From NCBI GenBank assembly GCA_041747555.1, contig JBGTEY010000011.1, forward strand, positions 118,274-182,273: DNA of 64,000 nt, read 5' to 3'. Positions 27,936 to 37,602 of this stretch are shown one piece after another. The notes beneath the pieces are model-generated. The model worked only from the letters and a program-made list of their open reading frames with translations. It made no database searches and was not told the DNA's origin. Origin of the DNA: Patescibacteria group bacterium (lineage in GTDB: Bacteria > Patescibacteriota > Microgenomatia > UBA1400 > PJMF01). The translations under genes and the position numbers were made by a program. Position 1 is the first letter of the stretch. Every line of letters starts with the position of its first letter.

Positions 27936-29528
27936 TCACCCGCCCATCACCACTGGCAAAGAAATACTATTTTCAGGCCTAGCTGCCTCATACTCAATCC
28001 CCCACTTAAGTTTAGCGGGAGAAACATCGGCATTTCCCAGATTAAATTTCATAGTTAACTCATAGCAAGTATTGGGACTCGCACCATTTTCCCAATACCC
28101 CACCGAAAAATCATTGACATCCATGTACCGCCAACCTTGATCAATCACCGTGCCGGAGGCATCTCGCTTCTCTACACGCAACATAAGTAGTGCATTTGTG
28201 TTGGGGATCATGTATCGAGTTTCAACACCATTTTCATGTATATATTCCAACCGCTCAACTCCTTTTTCAAATGGATTTTGGTTTAATTTGAACTGCCCAT
28301 CAATTACTTTTCCAGCAAACGTGGGCTCTGTGGTAAATTTTTTCTTAAGTCGAGTTGAAGCATAATCTTTGTCATACGTTTGATAGATCTTATATTCCAC
28401 GGTTTCATCAGGTCCAGCTACCCAACGATTTTGATTCTCCTGGTCTGCAATCTTGAGGATATGTGTGGGCGCAAATTCTGAGACAAAATCCCAGAGCGTT
28501 TCTGGGTATGTTTTGACGCGATCATGTAGCCATCCTTTTTCGTATCTGCGATTAATAAGCGCTTTTTCGTGTCTTCCAAGCAGGAGCGAGTCTATTCCTC
28601 CTGTCCACATACCATTACGATCATCATCTCGGCTAGACTGCAAGTATTTTAACCACTCAGTTGGTAATCCTTCAAGTGCGCTATCTGTGACAGCAGTACT
28701 GTTTTCAGTTTCCTGTTGTGAAAATTGCTGGAGCGCTTTAATTAATTCCAGTTCAATCTTTGGGTCGCCTCCTACTATCGCTTGTAAGCGCGGTATATTT
28801 TTTAGCAACAGCTTAATCGTATCAAATGATACCTGGTACTCCTCCTGATCAAAATACCCATCAATGGCATAAAAATCAGGCATTCCTGGCAACTGATAAT
28901 GACCTTCCTCATGCAAATATCCTGCGTCAATCATCAGCGCAAATATGTAATAGGCGGCAAGTGTAGGATTATACGGTCGATGAAACCACAACCCAATTAC
29001 CGCATTACTGTCCATAAATGACTCCCCGTCATTAATGTTAAACGGAGTAATTGAAGGCTCTGCATCGTCTGCCATGACAATGACACGCTTGAGTGTGGCA
29101 CCACCAGCTAGATTGGTTTGCCCTTTAAGTATTTCGTCCATTTTTTCATGCTGAGATTTGGCAAAATGTTGGAAATCTTCATGTCCTGTTTCGGTGTGGA
29201 TGGCATGTTCGCCATTGTATTCTTCTGCCCAAACCAGTGCTGTTGCAGTCATGCCATTTACTGGTCTCTTGTTTTCTCCATCTAAAAATTTTTGATTGAG
29301 GTGATCGCGGAGCGCGATTAGTTGTTCGTTGGTGAGGGGTTCGTTATGACCGTATGTCTCAACTCCATTAATAAACTGAGGTTCCGGAACAGCAACAGTT
29401 TCTTGCGCAGTGAGTGTTTCTACTGCTTTGCCCAGAAAACTACTTCTCGCCTTTTTGAGAGCTAGAAGTGCCGCCAAAATAGCGCCCAGCCTCAGAACAT
29501 CTCTTCTTGGTATGATGTGCTTTTCCAT
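27936..29528 (-). CDS. secreted hypothetical protein (possible Tat-type signal)
   Basis: ~530 aa; N-terminus PRRDVLRLGAILAALLAL resembles twin-arginine signal; no recognised catalytic motif. Confidence 0.45.
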   Translation of the reverse strand: MEKHIIPRRDVLRLGAILAALLALKKARSSFLGKAVETLTAQETVAVPEPQFINGVETYGHNEPLTNEQLIALRDHLNQKFLDGENKRPVNGMTATALVWAEEYNGEHAIHTETGHEDFQHFAKSQHEKMDEILKGQTNLAGGATLKRVIVMADDAEPSITPFNINDGESFMDSNAVIGLWFHRPYNPTLAAYYIFALMIDAGYLHEEGHYQLPGMPDFYAIDGYFDQEEYQVSFDTIKLLLKNIPRLQAIVGGDPKIELELIKALQQFSQQETENSTAVTDSALEGLPTEWLKYLQSSRDDDRNGMWTGGIDSLLLGRHEKALINRRYEKGWLHDRVKTYPETLWDFVSEFAPTHILKIADQENQNRWVAGPDETVEYKIYQTYDKDYASTRLKKKFTTEPTFAGKVIDGQFKLNQNPFEKGVERLEYIHENGVETRYMIPNTNALLMLRVEKRDASGTVIDQGWRYMDVNDFSVGYWENGASPNTCYELTMKFNLGNADVSPAKLKWGIEYEAARPENSISLPVVMGG

Positions 29529-29765
29529 TAAAAAAATCATACCAAAATTTGGCAGAAATATAGATATGGAATGCAATAAGATAAAAAAACCCAGCAATCT
29601 GTGCGATCACTGGGCTTCCTCCCGACTCTACTCCAACAACGCCTTTCATCGGGACGCGCGTTGGGACTTTTTTTGCTACTCTGAAAAGCAACTTTGTTTG
29701 GGCTGGTGCCCTAGGCTGACTTTAGGTTTCAATCCTTAAGCCAACCCGTCCTCTAAATCACCCTT

Positions 29766-29936
29766 GACCCCACTCCTGCGTGCGTTGGGATCCGCGGGTG
29801 ATGTGCTTGAGTGAGATGCTATTGGTTGCTGGGTCGACCCAAATAAATGCGCTGTGGAGCTTGAGGGTATTAGCCAAGGCTTCCAGGCTTTTTTTACTAT
29901 ATGGCAACGAGGCAGCTTCTGCACTCATAGCACCTT
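29766..29936 (-). CDS. small hypothetical protein (56 aa), paralog of 30867..31058
   Basis: Translated by hand: MSAEAASLPYSKKSLEALANTLKLHSAFIWVDPATNSISLKHITRGSQRTQEWGQG; shares YSKK-L-AL--TLKLH---W--P-TN--S-KH with the paralog; below 60-aa ORF cutoff. Confidence 0.4.
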
Positions 29937-30010
29937 TCCGCGCACGAAATACTTGATACGTTTTGTCAAATTGCCGTCATCCTCTTGATGACTGGCTAAT
30001 TTTTTGACAA

Positions 30011-30040
30011 AAAAAACCTCCTTTTGTTGAGGAGGTCGTG
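30011..30040 (-). terminator. intrinsic terminator
   Basis: Minus-strand CCTCC-TCAACAAAA-GGAGG followed by TTTTTTTTG downstream of 30246..30521 gene. Confidence 0.5.
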
Positions 30041-30245
30041 CGCTTTTATTTGTTCTGTTTTTGTTAGGTGTGTCTTTCCACCAAGCGTCCGACCTCGCTA
30101 TTGCGAAGTTGGGATTGCTTAATGGTGAAGCAGACCTGTGTAAACATTAAAGAAATAATACTTGAGAGTAGTTGATTTTGCAATGTGTGATGAGTGTGTA
30201 AGAGTTGTGGTGAATTCTCATCCAGGTACTTTAAAAGAAATACAA

Positions 30246-30521
30246 TTACGCACCTCTTTTTAAATCTGCTTCCCTTTTCTTTAGTTTCGCACGTGTTTCG
30301 ATGAGTCTGCTCAATCTTCTTTGGTGGAACGGTGTCAGTTGTTTGCCATCGTATCTCTTGATGCTGGCTTCTGTGGCGGCTATTTGCTCATTAATTTTTG
30401 CAAGTTCAGGATTTCCAGCAAGTCCAGCAGATTTGTCAGCTGTTGCGGTCTCTCCACCCATTGTGGTGTCGGCAGCTGCGGTTTCTACATTGGGTTTTTG
30501 CACCTCTTGAGCCGCAGGCAT
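30246..30521 (-). CDS. hypothetical protein
   Basis: 91 aa, Ala/Thr-rich N-terminus and basic helical C-terminus; between the two small paralogs. Confidence 0.35.
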   Translation of the reverse strand: MPAAQEVQKPNVETAAADTTMGGETATADKSAGLAGNPELAKINEQIAATEASIKRYDGKQLTPFHQRRLSRLIETRAKLKKREADLKRGA

Positions 30522-30866
30522 ATCTGATCGCTCTGCAGCAGGTGCTTGAGGAGTTGGTGACTCAGATAGACCTTGTGTAACACCGCCAGTTGAAAGCAGT
30601 CAGTCTCTACTCCCTTGATCCAATTTAGAATAATCGTCCTCTGCACCACCAATCTTAGCCTCATGCTCCTTCACTCTAGCCAGCAGTCCTTTTTCACCAA
30701 TCATATTTTTATCGTAACCCAATTTACAATAAAAATCACGCTCAGCATTCAGTATACCCATAGTGACAAAAAACCTCCCCGTCGTCCAAAACGTGAGAGG
30801 GAGATACGTTCTGTGGAGATCAAGGGAGGTTTTTGGCGCGTGCTGTTATGAGTTGGATGGCACTAT

Positions 30867-31058
30867 TTAGGAGTTAGTTTGTGTTGCAGAGATTGACCCT
30901 GCGGGCAGATGCTTGATACTGAGTTCGTTGGTTTCTGGGTTGAGCCACACTAATTGTTGATGAAGCTTAAGCGTTTTTGAAAGTGCTGAGAGCGCTTTTT
31001 TTGAATACTTTCCGAGAAATCTTTCTTCCGTGTCGGCCTGGTGTTCATATTTGTTCAT
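30867..31058 (-). CDS. small hypothetical protein (63 aa), paralog of 29766..29936
   Basis: MNKYEHQADTEERFLGKYSKKALSALSKTLKLHQQLVWLNPETNELSIKHLPAGS... Confidence 0.45.
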   Translation of the reverse strand: MNKYEHQADTEERFLGKYSKKALSALSKTLKLHQQLVWLNPETNELSIKHLPAGSISATQTNS

Positions 31059-31189
31059 ACTTTTAGTATAGCAAGCGCTGCAATGAGTAACGAGTGTGCA
31101 CTTGAGGGAACACCCGCACTCACCTTACCACGCACATCAAGGCTCGTCCTCACATTGACGAACCCACCGGACTATCAGACAATGCGCTT

Positions 31190-32107
31190 ATGACTCCCGT
31201 GCTACTGGTAACTGGTTTTTTGGGCTCTGGTAAAACTACCTTTCTAAACTGGCTCCTCAAGACCCATCCTGAAAAAAACATTTCATTAATTCTCAATGAA
31301 TTTGGCGATATCAAACTAGAAAGCCAATTTATTACCAAAAAAGGAGATATTCAAGTTGCCGAGCTCTCAAACGGCTGCATGTGCTGTGTGGCAAAGAGCG
31401 ATATTCCGCGTGTTGTCGAGTATATTTTAGAAAATGCACCGCACACCGACTATCTGGTAATTGAAGCATCGGGCCTGTCCGTCCCCGACCCCATTCATGA
31501 CGCGCTGAGGAGTGACCGATTATCAGAAAAGGTCAGACTCGACGCGGTGGTATGTATTATTGATGCGATTAATTTTGAAAAAACGCGGTCAGAACATAGT
31601 GTCGTACTGTCACAAATTGGTGATGCTGATATTGTTTTGATCAATAAAGTGGCGGATGCTGATGATGAGACAATTTCGCGAATTTCTGAATATGTCTCTA
31701 AAATTGGCAGCAAAAAAAGCGTTCTGGTCTGGGATGACAAACTCGATCCCAAGCTATTTCTTGAGCCAAATGTGGAAATGCACCACCCACGCAATCAAGA
31801 GCGTGATCGCAATCACTTGCATGACCACGAAACCTATACCGAACACTGGTTCATCACTCCATCCTCGATCAATTCTACTGTTTTCAGCCAAGTTATGCGC
31901 AGTCTTCCCGCAAATATCGTCCGTGCCAAAGGCTACATCAACGTCAACGGCACCAAGGCTATGGTTCAGTATGTGGGAAGTAAACTCGAGCTGATTGAGG
32001 CAGATTGGGGAGATCTAGAACCCTCGACAGCCGTTCTTTTCTTGGGTAAAGCCATAGATACTGGAGCGCTTGAGGAAGCTCTCTCAAAAACCCTTGCACT
32101 TCCCTGA
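31190..32107 (+). CDS. CobW/HypB/UreG-family (G3E, COG0523) GTPase, putative metallochaperone
   Basis: GFLGSGKTT P-loop, CxCC motif (NGCMCCV), ExxG, NKxD-like, C-terminal CobW_C-like domain. Confidence 0.8.
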   Translation: MTPVLLVTGFLGSGKTTFLNWLLKTHPEKNISLILNEFGDIKLESQFITKKGDIQVAELSNGCMCCVAKSDIPRVVEYILENAPHTDYLVIEASGLSVPDPIHDALRSDRLSEKVRLDAVVCIIDAINFEKTRSEHSVVLSQIGDADIVLINKVADADDETISRISEYVSKIGSKKSVLVWDDKLDPKLFLEPNVEMHHPRNQERDRNHLHDHETYTEHWFITPSSINSTVFSQVMRSLPANIVRAKGYINVNGTKAMVQYVGSKLELIEADWGDLEPSTAVLFLGKAIDTGALEEALSKTLALP

Positions 32108-32121
32108 CTCCATGCTATAAT
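32094..32121 (+). promoter_or_regulatory. sigma70-like promoter for rplJ-rplL
   Basis: TTGCAC (32094-32099), 16-nt spacer, TATAAT (32116-32121). Confidence 0.45.
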
Positions 32122-32320
32122 TCAAGATGTCCAAAGACAGCGTGCAGCAATAAGTCGCGCCGAGGAGAACGAAACCCACATCTTGTGGTACTGCACGGCA
32201 AAGAGTGTCGCGCATATTTCAAAAACTCTCCTCGGAACGTACTGAAAGCACACTGCTTTGAGTATTTTTTTGAATAATTACAAAAAAAACGCGTAGTAAA
32301 CCGCCAACAGAAAGCACTCA
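32122..32320 (+). ncRNA. candidate ribosomal protein L10 leader (cis-regulatory 5' UTR)
   Basis: ~200-nt untranslated leader before rplJ with several inverted repeats (GTGCAG...CTGCAC; CCGAGGAG...CTCCTCGG); position matches known L10-leader autoregulatory element. Confidence 0.35.
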
Positions 32321-32839
32321 ATGCCAAACGCCAAAAATCAATCACAAGTCGAACTCCTCAAGGAGAAAGTCGATCGCAGTAAATCAGTCGTTGTTGTTGA
32401 TTACTCTGGAACAACCGTGAACGATCAAGTCACCCTCCGCTCTGCAGTCAGCGAAGCCGGTGGTGAAATGCTCGTCGCCAAGAACACCTTGATTGATATC
32501 GCTACTGGCAAGGGAAACCTCACCGATTCTCTGGAAGGCATGAACGCAATTGTCTTCTCATATGAAGATGCCGTGGCTGCTATCAAGAAAGTCTTTGAAT
32601 TTCATAAGGATTCCAGCAAATTGACCATCAAACAAGGCATGATGGACGGTAAAGTTTTGTCAGTTTCTGAAGTTGAAATGCTCAGCAAATTGCCAAGCAA
32701 GAACGAACTTATTGCAACGCTTATCTCAAGATTACAAGGTCCAGCATATGGTTTGGTCAATGTACTCAAAGCAAATCAGCGTGGTTTGGTCTATGCCCTT
32801 CGCGCAATTGCAGATAAAGGTGGCCCCGCTACCAACTAA
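32321..32839 (+). CDS. rplJ: 50S ribosomal protein L10
   Basis: 172 aa, canonical L10 N-terminus ([20 protein letters not shown]). Confidence 0.9.
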   Translation: MPNAKNQSQVELLKEKVDRSKSVVVVDYSGTTVNDQVTLRSAVSEAGGEMLVAKNTLIDIATGKGNLTDSLEGMNAIVFSYEDAVAAIKKVFEFHKDSSKLTIKQGMMDGKVLSVSEVEMLSKLPSKNELIATLISRLQGPAYGLVNVLKANQRGLVYALRAIADKGGPATN

Positions 32840-32926
32840 GATATTTAATAGTAAGGACATCAATTTTAGATTGATGCAACAAGTAATAGTCACAGTCGAC
32901 AACAATATAAAATAGAAAGGGACACT

Positions 32927-33340
32927 ATGTCAGACGACACAAAATCCGAAAGCAAAGAGCTTTCAAAGAAAGTACAAAGCATTCTTGACTCAGTCAAAGA
33001 ACTCTCACTCATGGAAGTTTCAGAGCTCGTCTCTGCACTCGAAGATGAGTTCGGCGTCAGCGCAGCAGCTCCTATGATGATGGGCGCAATGCCTGCAGCA
33101 GGTGCAGCAGAAGCTGTCGAAGAGCAAGATGAGTTTGACGTCATCCTCAAAGATGCTGGTTCAAACAAAATTGGTGCAATTAAAGCAGTCCGAACCCTCA
33201 AGCCAGAACTCGGCTTAGGTGAAGCAAAAGCTTTCGTCGAAGACGCTCCTAAGACCGTCCTCGAAGGTGCCAAAAAAGAAGACGCAGAAGCAGCCAAGAA
33301 AACGCTTGAAGAAGCAGGTTGTGTTGTTGAGTTGAAGTAA
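32927..33340 (+). CDS. rplL: 50S ribosomal protein L7/L12
   Basis: [10 protein letters not shown]...Ala-rich hinge...[23 protein letters not shown] canonical L12. Confidence 0.92.
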   Translation: MSDDTKSESKELSKKVQSILDSVKELSLMEVSELVSALEDEFGVSAAAPMMMGAMPAAGAAEAVEEQDEFDVILKDAGSNKIGAIKAVRTLKPELGLGEAKAFVEDAPKTVLEGAKKEDAEAAKKTLEEAGCVVELK

Positions 33341-33394
33341 TTCGCACAACAACTGCGTGAGAATTTTTGTTCTCACAGTGTATTTGAAAATAGA

Positions 33395-33428
33395 AACACG
33401 CTCCAGAAGGGGCGTGTTTTTTTATTGG
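33395..33428 (+). terminator. intrinsic terminator after rplL
   Basis: AACACGC-TCCAGAAGGG-GCGTGTT followed by TTTTTTTAT. Confidence 0.6.
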
Positions 33429-33556
33429 TGAAATGCCGAATGCAATCAGTATCGTCCGAAATACAATTCTGAAGCTATGCTGGACAGCACCCAAAAGATG
33501 TGGTGTGATTAACTGAATATGGAATGTAGAAATAATCAATAAGTAGAGAGCCAAAC

Positions 33557-34450
33557 ATGATGCTAGAAGTAAGTACCGATGAAGCGATCTTTCAAGTTCA
33601 CGATGCAGTACAGCCGGGGGTAGATACAACTGATGTTAGTCCAAACGCAGTCAAAAATACAAAAGATACTCAGATATCAGCTGCTGAAAGCACTCGCAAC
33701 ACACTGAGAAATTTACTTGATCAAGAGGGCCAAAATTTGCCTGAAGCGAGTCTCAGCTATCAACTCGATTGGGCTGTCGACCATCTCTCGGGGGCTGATG
33801 CACTGACTCAAGCTGCTAACGAACAACTTACCCACTTTGTGCGACAAGAAGATTACTTTTCAGTCGTCAATAGACTTCTCTCACCTCAATACAGATCGAT
33901 CTCAATTCCGGCATTCCAGTCAACAGAGGTTATTGGACGACTCTATGAGGAAGCCGAAGCAAAAGGTAATTTTTTCCAAATGCGAAGAATCGCTGAACAG
34001 ATGGCACGAGCTGGAGAGTCAGGAATAAAAGCTGCACTTCCATTTTCACCAGATGATAGCAAGTATAATACTGGCTGGGAAGCCCGTGACCTTAACTTAT
34101 TGGATCAAGATATTGACGCTGCCTGCAAAAGCTGGGAGGAGGCCAGAGATTTGCCTGATTTTAACTGGGAGCTCCATCAGCTGATAGGCATGCTAAAAGA
34201 TGAGATTTTTATTAGTAGCGGATATAGAAATCTGGACATCACCAACCCACACTATGCCAAAATTCTCAAAGCGTATTGTGATCAGCTAGTTCAACGAGGT
34301 ATTCCTGATGCAGCGCTCTCCTTGGCACATCAGTTTCGTCTTCCTGCGACGTCAATTGCTGAGTACCGCAAGCTAGTGCGCAACCCAGCACAAATCATGG
34401 AAAATATGAAACAACGCTTTCAAAAAATTATTGATCTCCTACCAAGTTAA
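33557..34450 (+). CDS. hypothetical protein
   Basis: 297 aa, soluble, helical; no recognised motif. Confidence 0.4.
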   Translation: MMLEVSTDEAIFQVHDAVQPGVDTTDVSPNAVKNTKDTQISAAESTRNTLRNLLDQEGQNLPEASLSYQLDWAVDHLSGADALTQAANEQLTHFVRQEDYFSVVNRLLSPQYRSISIPAFQSTEVIGRLYEEAEAKGNFFQMRRIAEQMARAGESGIKAALPFSPDDSKYNTGWEARDLNLLDQDIDAACKSWEEARDLPDFNWELHQLIGMLKDEIFISSGYRNLDITNPHYAKILKAYCDQLVQRGIPDAALSLAHQFRLPATSIAEYRKLVRNPAQIMENMKQRFQKIIDLLPS

Positions 34451-34488
34451 CGGGTAATAAATGCTTCAACACATGCTATACTCCCCTC

Positions 34489-36879
34489 ATGTCCACGCCG
34501 CATACCCTGATCAAAGACGGCCAGCCCATTCAGTACAACCCTCCGTTTTCTGCGTTTCCTCAGTTTCTTGAGAACCTTGCAGAAAATGATCCCACCAAAC
34601 AAGCCATCGTCTTTGTGCCCATCAAAGGCACAAACATTACGCTCACCAGAGAAGATCTTGCTGACTCCGTAGCCACGCTCGCAGCCACCATGCAAAAAAG
34701 CTGGAATTTAGATGTAAGTGATGCTATCTCATTTTGCCTTCCGAACACCCCAGAGGTGTTACTAATAAATTACGCTGCCTGGAGCCTTGGATTACTGTCC
34801 GTGCCACTCGATAGCACCAGAGATACCACCGAGCGCAAAATTTATAAGCTCCAACAAACCAATGCCCAAGTGCTCGTCACCAGAGACGACAAGAAGTCGC
34901 TCTTTGAAAATGCAGAAATCCAAAATGCTCTGCCCCACCTCAAGATCCTCACCTTCAAAAACTTCACCGACTTCAAAAAACAACTTCTTTCCAAAAAACT
35001 CACTCCAGACTATCCAGAGACCGATTTTTCAGAACCGGCCCTTATTCTCTACACCTCTGGCACGACAGCTCTCCCCAAGGGTGTCGAGCTCACTGTCACC
35101 AGCCTTTTTGCCAACGCTGCTTGCATTAGGGATTGGCTCCAGTTCACCCCAGAGGACCGCTGGCAGGTTCTTTTGCCACTCCACCACATCAACTCAACTA
35201 CTTTTGCCAACACCACCCTCTTGGTTGGTGGGACGATAATCTTAGTTGAACACTACTCCAAGTCTCGGTTTTGGCAGTATTTAGCAGAGACAAACTCGAC
35301 TGGAGCTTCCATCGTACCCACCATTGCTTACGATCTCCTTACAGAACAGCAAACATTTGAAAAACATCAAGCAAAACTCAAGCAAGTTGCGCGGTTTCAG
35401 CTCGGATCGGCCCCTGTACAACCCAGAGTTGTCGAGCAGTTCATGAAACAGTTCAATATTCCGCTCTATCAAGGATATGGCCAGACAGAAACTTCCCTCA
35501 GAAGCACTGGTGTACCCATGGATTTAACCAAAAAAGAGTATGAGCATATCAGGGAACTCAACTCGCTTGGAACAGAAATGTCGCTCGCCAACGTTACCGT
35601 TCTTGACGAAAAAGGCTCTGAGCTCGAGGCAGAAGCAGTCGGTGAAATTTGTGTTCGCGGACCAATTATCATGCGTGGCTACCTCAAGAACATCGACGCC
35701 ACAGAAGAATCTTTCGCTCATGACTGGTTCCATTCTGGCGACACCGGTTACTATCGAGAGCTCTATGACAGAAAATTCTTTTTTCTCAAGGGAAGAAGTA
35801 AGGAAATTATCAAAAAAGGTGGTGTCCTCCTCTCGCCACTCGCCATAGAAAACGCCCTCCTCGCACACTACCCTGACCTTGATCAAGTGTATGTCATTGG
35901 TTTTGACGACGCACGCCTGGGAGAGCGAATTGGGTTCGTCGCAGTGACGAAAGTCCACGACCTAGTCCCCCAAATACTTGAAGATGCTAAAAAAGGCGCT
36001 ATTCCCACGCTCAAACCATATGAATTACCTGATAGTGGTCTCAGGATCACCCCAGAAGTACTCCCCAAAACTGCCACCGGAAAAGTCCAGCGTCTTGAGA
36101 TAAAAAAACAGTTCGGACCGTTACTCTTAGAGGCATTTCGCACCATCGCACTTGCTGATGATGGCACCAGATTCAGATTGATCGGTCCAGAAGAAGAAAA
36201 AGTACTCTCCAAAGCCGCTGAAATCGATGAAAATCGTTGGGGTTCTCACCTTGCTGGCAGTTCCGCATCATTCATGCAAAGAGCACAAAATGGAGCGCTA
36301 ATAGGCGCATTTGATGATCGAAATTCTCTCCTTGGAACCATCTCTGCTGTCCGCCTGGATGAGACTGAATTGCTGGATTCAATTCAACCTGATCACTGGG
36401 CCTCTACTTGGGATGGAATTACTGGCAATGGCACACTCAACACCAATTCGCACAAAGGTGACACACTGGTGCTGGTTGCCGTCGCGGTGGCCTCTGGAAA
36501 AGCAACATCGCCCAGTCCCACCCCACCCAAACCAATTTCAGAAAAACTGCACCAAGAAAGCCTCAAGCACCTCCAAAAGTATGCGAAATCAGGCGAAGAC
36601 CCCGTCCTGGCGTTTCATGGCATGAAAAAAGCTGGAATGCCATCGGGAGCAACGGTTGTTCATAGTCTCCCAAACTCTCGCCCTGCGGATTGGATGGCTC
36701 TTGGTCACAATGTGTTGGTGCAGTATCCCGAGATTTCAAGTGAGCCGGTGATTAGCGTTCCAGCTAGTACCGGCACGCAATTGGTCGAAGCGGCAATCCT
36801 CTATGCATTTCAAAATGGCATCACCAACGTCTATGCCTATTCTCGACCGGCGAAATACCATGATTACCTGACTAAATAA
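34489..36879 (+). CDS. AMP-forming adenylating enzyme (acyl-CoA synthetase-like) fused to ~270-aa C-terminal domain of unknown function
   Basis: ANL-superfamily core motifs YTSGTTALPKG, GYGQTE, FHSGDTGYY, GRSKEIIKKGG, PKTATGKVQR in first ~530 aa; C-terminal region without recognised motif. Confidence 0.8.
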   Translation: MSTPHTLIKDGQPIQYNPPFSAFPQFLENLAENDPTKQAIVFVPIKGTNITLTREDLADSVATLAATMQKSWNLDVSDAISFCLPNTPEVLLINYAAWSLGLLSVPLDSTRDTTERKIYKLQQTNAQVLVTRDDKKSLFENAEIQNALPHLKILTFKNFTDFKKQLLSKKLTPDYPETDFSEPALILYTSGTTALPKGVELTVTSLFANAACIRDWLQFTPEDRWQVLLPLHHINSTTFANTTLLVGGTIILVEHYSKSRFWQYLAETNSTGASIVPTIAYDLLTEQQTFEKHQAKLKQVARFQLGSAPVQPRVVEQFMKQFNIPLYQGYGQTETSLRSTGVPMDLTKKEYEHIRELNSLGTEMSLANVTVLDEKGSELEAEAVGEICVRGPIIMRGYLKNIDATEESFAHDWFHSGDTGYYRELYDRKFFFLKGRSKEIIKKGGVLLSPLAIENALLAHYPDLDQVYVIGFDDARLGERIGFVAVTKVHDLVPQILEDAKKGAIPTLKPYELPDSGLRITPEVLPKTATGKVQRLEIKKQFGPLLLEAFRTIALADDGTRFRLIGPEEEKVLSKAAEIDENRWGSHLAGSSASFMQRAQNGALIGAFDDRNSLLGTISAVRLDETELLDSIQPDHWASTWDGITGNGTLNTNSHKGDTLVLVAVAVASGKATSPSPTPPKPISEKLHQESLKHLQKYAKSGEDPVLAFHGMKKAGMPSGATVVHSLPNSRPADWMALGHNVLVQYPEISSEPVISVPASTGTQLVEAAILYAFQNGITNVYAYSRPAKYHDYLTK

Positions 36880-37278
36880 CGCTGATTTAGTACAAAAACC
36901 CATTTTTCTCTCACCTTTGGTGCATTGGTCCCTGTTGCGCGCGCTGCCTCTTTTGTGGTTTTGACGATTTCGAACATATTTTTAGTAGCTTTTTGTGATT
37001 TTTGACCCGAATTTTATACGAATTTTACAATTTCTAATTAACTTGATCTAATTCACCAACTTTTCCACACTATTTTACTATAGGTTTTATGAAATTATAT
37101 TATAAGACTTGTATGTTGATAAGTAACTAATGTTGATGTATAGGCATTTTTATACACTTGACCTAGTTGTGACTACTCTGCTATTGTTGCTACAACAAAG
37201 TCAATCTTTGTACCAGAAAATCGCAGGTAATAACAACAAAATACGTGCAAAATCGCACAAAAGTACAGAAAGGGTCAC

Positions 37279-37590
37279 ATGAATCAGGCAACACAACCAA
37301 TCGCCAACTTGCCAACCGACAGTCAGGATGGTGATGTTGAAAATTCCGCAGAAGACAAACGAACCGGTCGCGCTGACGATGCCAGCAAACTTGATATCAA
37401 CAATCTTCCGGATCTCTTGACTGTTCGAGAAGTTGCAGATTTGCTCAGAGTTTCTCCGCTCACTATTAAACGATGGGGTAAGCGCGGTAAATTGCCAGCA
37501 ATTCGGATCAATTCCAGAGGTGACAGACGATACAAAAAAGAAGCTGTGCTTTGGCTGCTAGGTATAGACGCATCTGACGATGAGTCATAA
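37279..37590 (+). CDS. helix-turn-helix DNA-binding protein (excisionase/MerR-like HTH)
   Basis: LLTVREVADLLRVSPLTIKRWGKRGKLPAIRI...RYKKEAVLWL. Confidence 0.6.
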   Translation: MNQATQPIANLPTDSQDGDVENSAEDKRTGRADDASKLDINNLPDLLTVREVADLLRVSPLTIKRWGKRGKLPAIRINSRGDRRYKKEAVLWLLGIDASDDES

Positions 37591-37602
37591 CACTGATTGA
37601 AA

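Noticed and set aside
30600-30767. 55-aa minus-strand ORF (MGILNAERDFYCKLGYDKNMIGEKGLLARV...) hand-translated upstream of the 30246..30521 gene
   Set aside because: No convincing RBS and no recognisable motif; possible but unsupported
30768-30830. CCTCCC...GGGAGG inverted repeat with flanking A/T runs as a bidirectional terminator
   Set aside because: 35-nt loop is too long for a convincing intrinsic terminator; kept only as a note
32115-32345. 76-aa minus-strand ORF in the rplJ leader
   Set aside because: Lies in the promoter/leader of rplJ, Cys/Arg/Phe-rich, no RBS; leader RNA interpretation preferred
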